Positions 53,683 through 64,000 of a stretch of 64,000 nt of DNA are shown here, piece after piece. The position numbers were made by a program, and so were the translations under genes. The stretch is from positions 10,106,001 to 10,170,000 of the forward strand of contig OZ059900.1 of NCBI GenBank assembly GCA_964057225.1. The letters run 5' to 3'. Positions within the stretch are counted from its first letter, which is position 1, and every line of letters begins with the position of its first letter. This DNA is from Auanema rhodensis. Its lineage: Eukaryota; Animalia; Nematoda. The notes under the pieces were generated by a model. That model did not search any database. It was given only the letters and a program-made list of their open reading frames with translations, and was not told the origin of the DNA.

Positions 53683-56600
53683 ATAAAGTTTTGAAAACCA
53701 TTAATATAGACTCTAGACAACTCATTAATGAGTGCTTCTTCATTACCGCCGTATATCATCCTCCCACGACATTTTTTTTCTCTTTCTGATTAACTTTCTG
53801 TTTCAATTATTCAATTGCAGATACTTCATTGTTATCCCAAAATGGAAAGTTTTCAAGAACCAATAATTGTCTATGAAATTGTAATGACCATACAACAATA
53901 AGTCTAGACACTTGAAACGAAAAATTCACGCCACTATTCGCTTTATGAAGTTATTCCATGAATAGAGAGAGAGCGAAAAGATGGAAAGAGGAAGAGAACA
54001 GAGAGAAAGAAATAGATCGCCTATGTGAGTGAATGACTATGAGAAGAATGATTGGTGTCTCATATACGTCTAAATTCTCTGCATTACTTCTTCGTATTTT
54101 CCTTTTCTTAGCATATATTTTCCATTTTTATAACACTGATTGTTTGAATTGAATTGTTGTTTCTAATATTCTAACAGATTTTTAAATTCCGTTAAGGCAC
54201 ACGTATACCAATTCAGCTTTAACTTGATCGTACGTGAATAGAATAGCCCTTCGAATGTCCAGGAATAAGGAAAATACATGAAAATAAATTTTTTTTAAAA
54301 AAAGGGGATAAGAAAAACGAAACAAAATGAAATGCTGAGTATCTGTTTGCCTTTGTTCTTTTCTTAAAATAAAGTGAAAAAAAAAATTTAGAAAATATGA
54401 AAAAACTAGAATATCTAGTTCAACATCATAGTAATCAGTTTTAATCTAATTTATTTTTTTCTTCCTCTATATAATAGCTTCAAAAAAATTAGATAGATCA
54501 TATTTTGGTGACATATCTCTGTCTGCCTCTCTCTCGCGGTGCTTTATTCTCTGCCTCTCTGCCACACCCTCACTCTCTACTATTTAGGTAATATATCAGT
54601 ATTGTTGTGTTATTCTCAACTACTCACTATTCATATCTTTCTCTGAAAAAAAGCGTTGTGATTTGTGTTTTTCGCATATATTTCAGTGTTTTTCGATGAA
54701 ATTGATACCGCTTCTTTCTTATGGCCGCAATTTTCACTTGCCTCTCGCTCGAGTTGTCTTGCATATCATATTTTTTCCGCTTTGTTACATATTAATCAAA
54801 TCTTATCTCTTATTTTTCTCCAAACTTTCACGAACATTTGAAAATAGTAGATGTTATATTACAAGAACAACATGTATGAGCAGTCATTTGATAATTATGC
54901 TTGGATCAAATGTTTAATTGCTTTTTTTATCATTTTTTTCTCTTTTTCTCAAACTACAATTCTCTAAATTTCATAGATATTACTCTATTTTGCTCGTATA
55001 TATTCATACATTTTTGGACAAGGAATATGAAATTATTTTATGTTTTTAGGAAAAGTTGAAGACGCTACCCTCTGCTCCGCAAAGATAATAGGAAATACGT
55101 TCTTTCATCATATTGTTGTGCCTATTAAAATGGACAAAACCTTTTGACACAAAACTCATTCATGCGCGTATTTTTCATTTTTAAAATATAATTGTATTTA
55201 TCGTGCAAATCAGTAACTTTTGCATTTTCTTCTTCATTTTCAGATTCTTCTTCTTTTCTTAACTTTTACCAGTTCATGTATACTTTGTCACTAAAAGGGT
55301 TGAAATCATTTGTCAATCCTTTGAAATTCTATCCGAAAAATGATTGATAATAGGATCATCGAGCTAAACTTATATCAAATTTTCTCTGATGTTCCAAATA
55401 CTCATTATAAGATATTTTATGCCTCAAATAGCAAAGCAATACAACTCTATTTCTAATTATTCAACTCATTCCTAACTCTTCCTTGCCAAGATACAGCAAC
55501 AAGAAATCCTTAAAATTGACGAGAAACAGGAAATTGGTTTAGATTCATCTGAATACTTGCTTTTTTTCTTTTTTTTTTACTTTTGCTGCATACAAAAACA
55601 TTGAATGTTTGAAGATTATCATCTGCTGTTTTCATGAAAAAAAATTTTATCTTAACATGTCATAAAGGAGAGATTTTTGAATCAACTCTTTACTTTCTCA
55701 TTGTTTTGTTCCAGCTACATCAAAACAAAGATGTTTGATGTTGTTGTCTTTGAATTTCAGTCTATCATATATGAATATTGCATTCCCTCATCTATTCGGT
55801 CATAAACTACTGAATGACCGTAATAAATTTATTCTCAAACTATGAGGTTTTGGCGAAAAGAAATTATAATAAACGCTTACTTTTTCTAATTAACCCGACT
55901 ATTGAGTTCAATTATACTATTTTTATACCATTTTCGAGCATCGAGAAGCATGAAAATGCTTTTAGTTCATTTGGTTATTAAATGGTATGACTAGTGACAA
56001 CGGATAATTTTACTTCCTTTTATAGCTTGCCAGAAAAAGAATGAGTGATAGAGTAAGAGAGAAGTAGATATAAAGAGTGAGACGTAAAAAAAGAAGGGAA
56101 AGAGGGAAGTAGTATGAAATAGAGATCAACTTATTGCTCATTGTATCCTGTTTTCATATCTAGCACCATATGCATTCAAATACAGGCAGATGTAAAGCGA
56201 ATGTGCATGCACGTACATCCAGACTGTGTACATGTAGATATGGCTGAGTATGTCTGTGTGACAGATAGATAGATGCTTATAGATATAATAGAGAGCATAT
56301 AATAAATAATCTATTATATTTAAAATTCATCATCGTTTGTCCTGTACTATGTCAAGCTTCATCATTTTTTTTTATTTATTGTGCTCGTTGGTATTTTAAA
56401 ACATTTTTTCATTTCATGTAAAGAATGTTCTTGTTCATTTCATGTTTATTAGAAACTCTTAACAACTAAAGCACCCATTCTAAGAAAGTAAGAGAGTAAG
56501 AAAGAGAAAACAAAAAAGTGAAAAAGCCTTCTAAAAGGTTTGTGTATACATAAAGAGACATAAAGTTCTTATCATGAAATCTGGTCCATTTCTTATCTTT

Positions 56601-57321
56601 TTCGTTTAATTTGTTTTTCTGAATTACATACATGGAGGTTAAAATTTCTTTGAATAGGATTATTAATTATCAACATATTTATGTATATTTCACACGTTTT
56701 TGTTCATTTATAATATGTCTAAAAATTTAAGAAACACAAAAAAAAAAGAATTGAAATAGAATTTTTATTGAGCAGCTCATCTGGTGTGTGTAATATGTTT
56801 ATAGCCATTCACAATGTGTGCACATCATCATGTACATAAGCTTGTTGCACCGGGGGGAAAAGAAAAAAAAGAAAGAGAGGAACGACGGAGTACAGAGAGA
56901 ACAGAAAGGAACATATAAACATGCGTAGAAACAGGAACGCAACACACTACCTTCATTCCTTTTTTTTATTTCCCTCTTCCAGTGCTTCTCATTTGGACAG
57001 CACTTCTAATCTTTCATCCTCTCTTATCTCCTATTTCATATATCTCAATCATCAATTTCCTTATTCATTCTTAATGACATCTTCTCTCTCATTCTGCTTG
57101 AATATCTCTTACTTCTCCTTCCCATCTCTCTCTTTGCTCGTTGCCTATTCTCTATTAATCTTCATTCCAACTTCCATATATGAAAAGTTTTTTCTAATAT
57201 CAGACAATCATATAAAGATATTACTATATTATCCTTTTATTAAGTCATTTTTTCTGCAAAAACTTTATATAACATTTGCTTTTGAGCAGGATTGTTGGCC
57301 AGATAACACGTACATCTTCAC

Positions 57322-59362
57322 ATGAACCGTAGATTTTCAACAGAGGTAATAATTTTTTTATCTTTTTCACGTACTAATACTAGCATCATTTGATTTTTTT
57401 TCGTTTATACCTTTTTTCAAATAAAACTGATCAATCTCACATCCAGTATATGCTGCTAGATACAAAGCCTTTCATATTCTATTTTCAAAATGAATTACAT
57501 TTTACACCACAGCAATTAATCTTAAATCGTTTCAGGACTTTCTAAGTTTCATTGAAGATCCCGATTCGCAGGAAATGTAAGATAAATTCAAATTTTAATA
57601 ATAATCACTTATGAAACCAATTGTTATTTCAATTTAAAATAATATTTTCGTCATAAATACTTAAGTAATAATAAGCATTTTGTATAAATTATAGATTTGA
57701 AGAACTTTTTCCAACCACATCGCAGTATGAATACAATTTTCGTATCATATCATCATTGCTATATGCTTCACTTGCTGTTATGGGGTAATTGACTTTGAAT
57801 TTTTCAGTTAAAATCTTAGTTTGCAACAAATAATTTAGCTTAATCATTAGGAGTTTAATTATATATTGCATACTATAACGAAATAGATTTTTTTTTGCAG
57901 TTTCGTCATTAATTGTTTTTTCTGTTGGATAATATGGAAGGCAACTGGCTTGCATCGCGTCAGCCATATGCTAATGGCAAATATGGCTGTTAGCAATTTG
58001 CTATTTTTAACATTTTTTTCACCCTATTTTCTATCCACGTTTATATTAGAAGCCAATTGGATTCTAGGTATTAATTTTCTCTCCTTTTTTAATTGATTTC
58101 ATCATTTCAAAGTGTTTTCTTAAGTGTTACATGACGAATTTTCTTATTATTTCCTTATTTTAGGACGAACAATATGCAAAATATCCTTCTCTATTCCATA
58201 TGTCACGGTTACAGGTACGCTAGGATGTTAGTGCAATGTATGCATCATGCCATTCTTAGGTTCATTCTACTTTATGGCCCTTGTGGCGCTTGACCGATGG
58301 CTGGCTATCTTTCATAGAAAACGACGACTTAACTTCTCAATCTCCATCGCACTAACTATAGCCACATGGACATTAGCTATATGTGTGGCTAGTCCATATA
58401 TTTATCAAAGTGATGTAAGATGATTGCCTAAAAATCACTAAACAAACATTTTTCTATTTTAATCTGATTATAGGTTGTTATAGCGGGTGTCTCGTCAAAG
58501 CCAGCATTAGCACTAACGCGATGTGGCAGAATGCCAACAGAGTATGATGATCATCTGAATATGGTGGGCTTGAATTACTAGATGCTCTCAAAACATTTCA
58601 TAATTTATAATTTCAGATTATTTTGTTTTTTCAATATGGTATACCCTTAGCCATTATGGTGCCAGCATATTCACATTTGGCTTACTTCTTGTATAAGAAG
58701 CAACCGATTGGAAAGCAGACACAGAATAGCAGAAGTCGTTATTACAAGCGAAAGCAGCGACTTGTTGGTACACTCATTGGTATTTTAATTGTTCAGGTAT
58801 GTGACACGGAAGTAAAAATAAAAGAGAAAATAGTCAGTTTATCAGTATTTATCATTTTATATTTGTTTAGTTACTCGGCTGGTTGCCCTTATTTTCTGTG
58901 CCATTAATCAATAAGATACTGGGAAAATGGCATTATGCCCCTTCAATTGTTTGCTCTATGATTGCTTTGATTGGAGTAACTGTAAGATTTGCTCAGTATT
59001 TCAACGCATCCACGCTTAAACATTATATTTCCAGCTGACTCCAATATGTTATCTATGCAACGATGGCTTGAATACTCAAGCAAGAGATACATTACGCTTT
59101 ATAAAAGGTCAAATCTTCCGCTGTTCAGGTCAGCGTGGTATAATTTGAAATATTTCATAACATTACTTATATTTTCTATTTATAACAGATTTATCAGCAT
59201 ACAATGGCGAATCAGCTCCATTACAAAATTCCACAACGACCGCGCCCAATAACGGTCAATATACATCAAATGTTATTGAAACTTCAGTTGAGGTATACAC
59301 AACTATTTCATAATATTGCCATTTCTTCAATGTTTCAGTTTCAAATTGTTTCAAATTTATAA
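57322..59362 (+). CDS. Class A (rhodopsin-like) GPCR, probably neuropeptide-receptor-like, multi-exon
   Basis: Spliced translation: MNRRFSTE-DFLSFIEDPDSQEI-FEELF...LAVMGFVIN (TM1), LMANMAVSNLL (TM2), W.LG..ICK, VALDRWLAI (TM3), TW...VASP (TM4), QYGIPLAIM..AY (TM5), GWLP (TM6), LTPICY (TM7). Terminal exons are less certain. Confidence 0.9.
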
Positions 59363-60595
59363 TGCTTTCAACACACACATCACATAGGAATTACTATACA
59401 ACATTGCAATCAAATACAGTTATCTCTAGGCATCTGTTTCATTTGTTTTTCAAGATCTTCACGAATACGGCAAACACAATATTACTGGAAGAAAATTATA
59501 CACATCTCTATTGTTATTAAGAAGAATTATGTGATATTTATTTAACTACATGCATAAATATTAAAATTGAGTATTATTTATAGATAATGCACTGCTGTTG
59601 TTGTTAAGCTAATTATACAGCAACTGAATATAAAAAGCATTGACCTAATTTTAAACTATCATAACCATAACTAAACAGTTATTCAGTTTTTTTCTATATT
59701 TAATAGTAACGTACATTAGATATTATATGAAATATCTGTTTATGTTTTTATTGATTTTTTATACAAAATTAAGAGAAAAAAAAGTTCTTTTTCAATTTTA
59801 TAATTAGCTCTTTTTATTGTTCGCGAACTTTATTTGTTTTAATATTTTTGATTTTAAAAAATAATAACGAATTTCAACTTTTAGTGTTCTTTTGAATATT
59901 TATTAAAAAAATAGCTATATTCATCTAATATTCGAACAAACTACTAGTTAACCCACGCATGTATATGCAAGACAAAACAAGCAAATGAACATCAAAACTC
60001 AAACATTAATTATGAATTGTAGAGAAAAAATAAATATTAAACGTTATGTAGCTTATTTTTCGAAATTTAGTGATATTTTTAAAATAATTTATAACTTTTA
60101 ATAATGGGTATTCAACATTTTAATGTACTATCCATATACACTATAACCCCCCCCCCCGCAATAGTCTTACTACACTGTTGTTTTGAAAACAACCTTTTTT
60201 GTGGCATTTGAATCTAGAAGTCAAAAAAATGTACGACGTATTATATTGGAATTATGCTTGAGATACCGCCAAAAGGACAGAAAAGTCTTCATTTTTGTTT
60301 TCATATAAGCACTTGAAAATGAACTATTAGGAATGAAATTGTGACGTTAGTTCTCGTTAATGTTTTGAAGAATTTCAATTTTGTTTCCTTTTTCTCAAAG
60401 AAATAATAATAATTTCTCATCAATAAATTTGAATCCATTTTTTACCGCATAAATGTATTATACTTCCCTTTCCAGCTTTTGAAGGGACTTATAGATGTCT
60501 AGTAGTCATCCAACCAACTAAATTTTAACTAAAAAGAGTGGATCAAAGATGAATCACGTGGACAGCCGGATGACATGTATGGATTTGTACTTGAT

Positions 60596-61090
60596 AGTAG
60601 TATAGGAACGAGGGATTATAATACCATTTTCGACATTTTGCTCTGTAGAACGTTTTTTCTTTCTCCGATGACAGATTTACAACACTTTTTTCAAAAAAAT
60701 GTGAAATGAGTAAATTTTAAGAGGACTAAAAAGTGCTTATTTTCAATAATTTTTATACATTTTCAACCATTTTTTTGTTGAGATGTCGATTTCATTTTTT
60801 ATTTTCTATTTTCATGCTTAAATACTCAAAAATGTGTCATTTTTACACTTTTTAGAAAATCAGTGGATGTCGAAGGATGTCGATTTCTTTTAAAAAGTGG
60901 TATTATAAAATTTATACTTTTTAAATGACGAATCTAAGATTCGATAAAGATCTAAAGCCATTAACAAACTTTGATCTTCTAGAATTAGTAGACTTATTAA
61001 AGATCAAGAATTTCCGTGGCATCTTTATGAGAGATACTTTGCCTACTAAAATTTTGAAAGAAGAAACTGGTATTATAAATTTAGATTCTT
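60596..61090 (+). repeat. Left terminal inverted repeat
   Basis: Reverse complement of 62597-63102 apart from an 11-bp indel and a nearby substitution, as far as I could see by eye. Confidence 0.93.
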
Positions 61091-61344
61091 CAGAAGGTAA
61101 AGGAACTCATTGGGTTTGTTATTCCAAGGACGCTAAGAATAAAAAGATTTATTATTTTGATTCCTTTGGATTGGATCCTCCATTAGAACTTCAAGAATAT
61201 TTGAAAAATGGGAAAGATAAAATACTTTTATCAACATTTCAAATTCAAGAATTTAATACACACCATTGTGGTTATTACTGTTTACTTCTTTTAAAGTTAT
61301 TAGAATCTTATGATTATCGAAAGTCAGTAATTGGTCTGATGTGA
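60925..61344 (+). CDS. Adenain-like (clan CE) cysteine protease, Maverick PRO; intronless, 139 aa
   Basis: Motifs FRGIFMRD, IINLDS...GTHW (His), YYFDSFG (Asp) and Q.....CGYYC (Gln oxyanion and Cys) are all intact. TATTATAAAA at 60901. Confidence 0.93.
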   Translation: MTNLRFDKDLKPLTNFDLLELVDLLKIKNFRGIFMRDTLPTKILKEETGIINLDSSEGKGTHWVCYSKDAKNKKIYYFDSFGLDPPLELQEYLKNGKDKILLSTFQIQEFNTHHCGYYCLLLLKLLESYDYRKSVIGLM

Positions 61345-61583
61345 ATACCATCATCCATTACAACACCTTTTGGATACACCGGAGATAAGCCAGCAAACGC
61401 GTTTGGCTAGAGTGGAAGGCAGAGACGCGTCTGTGAGCAGAGACGCAGAGGAAACTGCCAAATCGCATTCTTCCATTAACTTTCATGTTTATTATTATTT
61501 TCTCTTTTATTTTGTGTTGCCATTAACTTTTCCCACTTTTTTCTCAAACTGATCGGTTTTTATAGGGCGTTTCGAGTTCAAAC

Positions 61584-62446
61584 ATGCCCCGGCACTTCAT
61601 CTCAGTAAGTTAAACTTTAATTTTAGAATTCTTGTATGTTTAGTTTATATTAATTTAATATTTCATTTTAGCCGCAATCTCGCTCGCTATTCGCTACGTT
61701 TCTTGATGTCTGCACCAGACTGAAAGAAAAGTGAGTATATGACTTATATTATTTTTATAATTAATTTTTAAATTTTCGCTTTTTATTTTTTTTTGTTCTA
61801 GAATCATCAACAACGATAACGAAACGCGTGTAGTTTTGGACGCAGCTGTGTTCAAGTATATCGTGGACCTCGATCTTCTTCTTCAGAATCCATCAGGTAT
61901 ACGAAACCTCTAATATTTTCGGTTTCTCATATAAATTTTTAAAAAATATTCTTATTTGATAAATTTGAAACTTTTCCTGTAGTTTATAAAAATATTTTGT
62001 TTTAGTGCGTGGAAACCTTGATCCGACCATGCGCACCCCTATGGTTAACATGGTATGTTTCTTTTTTCTAATTCTTCCGTCAACAATAAATTATAATATT
62101 AGACTAATCTATGTAAAAGTATTTATATAATCATTTAATTACTGAATATTGTATTTAGCAATCGTCAACAGGAGTCCTTCTGAAACGAATGAAACGACAA
62201 ATTAAGGCAATTTGTACTCTCGCCGACGTTGTTTATATTGGTACGTTTCAATACTTTTAAAAATATATTTTTAGAATCTTTCTATATTTAACATTTGAGT
62301 TAATGATATTGCTTTTAGGCCCACCAGCTAATACGAATGAGGCTGAAGTCCTATCGAAGGCCCAGCTGGTGCTGAATCTCTTGTACGACACGATCACACC
62401 ACCGTCTTCTTCTTCTAGTGCAGATGCACAAACTGACTCCGACTAA
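61584..62446 (+). CDS. Six-exon cargo gene inside the mini-Maverick, 143 aa, unknown family
   Basis: Exons 61584-61604, 61672-61730, 61802-61896, 62006-62052, 62159-62240 and 62319-62446. All five introns are GT-AG and the frame is uninterrupted: MPRHFISPQSRSLFATFLDVCTRLKEKIINNDNETRVVLDAAVFKYIVDLDLLLQNPSVRGNLDPTMRTPMVNMQSSTGVLLKRMKRQIKAICTLADVVYIGPPANTNEAEVLSKAQLVLNLLYDTITPPSSSSSADAQTDSD. AATAAA at 62535. Confidence 0.85.
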
Positions 62447-62594
62447 GGAGTCATGGTCCTTATTTTTTCAAACGTTTGTATTTCTTCTTTCATATTTTGT
62501 CACTTCCTCTTTCACTCGTTTGTGCTTTTTTCTGAATAAAGATGTAAAGAAGGGAATCTTGAAAGCTCTACTGCTCCTCTTTTATCTTTCCCAT

Positions 62595-62762
62595 TTAAGA
62601 ATCTAAATTTATAATACCAGTTTCTTCTTTCAAAATTTTAGTAGGCAAAGTATCTCTCATAAAGATGCCACGGAAATTCTTGATCTTTAATAAGTCTACT
62701 AATTCTAGAAGATCAAAGTTTGTTAATGGCTTTAGATCTTTATCGAATCTTAGATTCGTCAT
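62595..62762 (-). pseudogene. Truncated second copy of the protease N-terminus inside the right TIR
   Basis: MTNLRFDKD...GIINLDS then TAA, stopping before the catalytic His. Followed by a 17-nt piece matching 61206-61222. Confidence 0.85.
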
Positions 62763-63102
62763 TTAAAAAGTATAAATTTTATAATACCACTTTTTAAAAG
62801 AAATCGACATCCTTCGACATCCACTGATTTTCTAAAAAGTGTAAAAATGACACATTTTTGAGTATTTAAGCATGAAAATAGAAAATAAAAAATGAAATCG
62901 ACATCTCAACAAAAAAATGGTTGAAAATGTATAAAAATTATTGAAAATAAGCACTTTTTAGTCCTCTTAAAATTTACTCATTTCACATTTTTTTGAAAAA
63001 AGTGTTGTAAATAAGGTGATTATCTGTCATCGGTGAAAGAAAAAACGTTCTACAGAGCAAAATGTCGAAAATGGTATTATAATCCCTCGTTCCTATACTA
63101 CT
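62597..63102 (-). repeat. Right terminal inverted repeat
   Basis: Reverse complement of 60596-61090. Confidence 0.93.
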
Positions 63103-64000
63103 CTTGATAAAGCCAAAATGTTTAGTGAAGCGAAAAGATTGATGTATCGCGTATCCCATAACTAGCAATTCAATATAATATATTCTTATACATGTAAAAC
63201 TACTTTCTTTGGTGAATCAAACTCAATTCTTAAATTTATTCAAGATTTTTCAAGCAGAAAAATGCAAAAAGCAAGTGACAAAGGGAGAGAACTACAGTTT
63301 ATTATAATGGGTACATCAGCTCTATCATTGTTAAACTCATTTTCAGCCCAAAAATAAACTTCTAAAGAAAAAAAATTATAAATTATAAAATATCCATTAG
63401 AACTTGATGAGCACTTTCTATAATTTTAGAAAAAAAAACTGATAGAAACATAAAAAAAGGTTTAATGAAGATGTGCTCCAAATATAAATTTTTTTATATT
63501 TTTTCGAGAGACATTCCCAGTTTTATCGGTTTTTCTTAATTTTCTATTTTTTTTGAACAAGTAATTTATAATTTGATGATATTCTAACAAAGAAATTATG
63601 CTCAATCTTAAAAATTTCATTTTTTTTTAATCTTTTTCATTTTTTTTGTAAGTATCCGCATAGAAAATGTTGATTCAGCATCTGATGATAGCTTATAATG
63701 TCAAGAGAATAACCGAACGTCTCTTCTGCCCATATCAAGATAGATATATCGTTGTTGTCTTTTTGTTTCTGTTGTTGTCTGATCTTTCTTTGTTTATTAT
63801 GTGTCAAAAATATTTGAATGACAATCGAGGATGTCATTCAATGCTTGCCGTGAAATCAAACATCAGCTCTTTCATTTTTCTTTTTCTGATAAATAGCATA
63901 GGTTTCTGGCTTGTGTTTCTTTTGACACGGAAAATGCTATCAAGATTTGCAATATTTATTTATTTGTTGTATAAATTACACAGAGATATGATGAATGATA

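Larger units (their letters stand above)
60596..63102. mobile_element. Miniature non-autonomous Maverick/Polinton (2507 bp) with cargo gene
   Basis: Termini AGTAGTATAGG...CCTATACTACT. Perfect 6-bp TSD CTTGAT at 60590-60595 and 63103-63108. Inverted repeats 60596-61090 and 62597-63102. Encodes an adenoviral-type protease; no integrase, pPolB, ATPase or capsid ORFs. Confidence 0.93.
60460..63936 (-). pseudogene. Possible degenerate host gene interrupted by the Maverick insertion
   Basis: Removing the element and one TSD restores an open exon, LWDTRYINLFASLNILALSSTNPYMSSGCP, joined in phase by a 42-nt GT-AG intron to VYFWAENEFNNDRADVPIIINCSSLPLSLAFCIFLLEKS*INLRIEFDSPKK. In-frame TGA stops at 63240-63242, 63838-63840 and 63856-63858. 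Confidence 0.35.

Noticed and set aside
56921-57325. 134-aa hydrophobic ORF upstream of the GPCR
   Set aside because: Derived from a CT-rich promoter/5' tract, has no motif, and ends across the GPCR start codon.
62418-62606. 62-aa ORF in the Maverick
   Set aside because: Out of frame with the cargo gene end and runs through its 3' UTR into the TIR.

Overview
AT-rich, intron-dense eukaryotic DNA, almost certainly a rhabditid nematode (about 40-50 nt introns, TTTCAG/TTTTAG acceptors directly before ATGs, a vab-3-type Pax6). The window has four zones. (1) 1-1392: a higher-order tandem array of about 105-nt imperfect hairpins with compensatory changes. (2) 1.4-12.7 kb: a young cluster of nine tiny two-transmembrane-helix paralogues that the ORF track fragments. 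They share exon structure, sit in operon-like pairs, and three units are driven by near-identical duplicated TATA promoters. (3) 20-59.4 kb: conserved host genes, namely Pax6/vab-3 (minus, 11 coding exons) with large regulatory flanks, an inward-rectifier K+ channel (minus) and a class A GPCR (plus). (4) 60596-63102: a complete 2.5-kb miniature Maverick/Polinton with AGTAGT termini, about 500-bp TIRs and a perfect 6-bp TSD. It keeps only an intact adenain-type cysteine protease and an intact six-exon, 143-aa cargo gene of unknown family. All gene models were spliced and translated by eye; no database searches were run.
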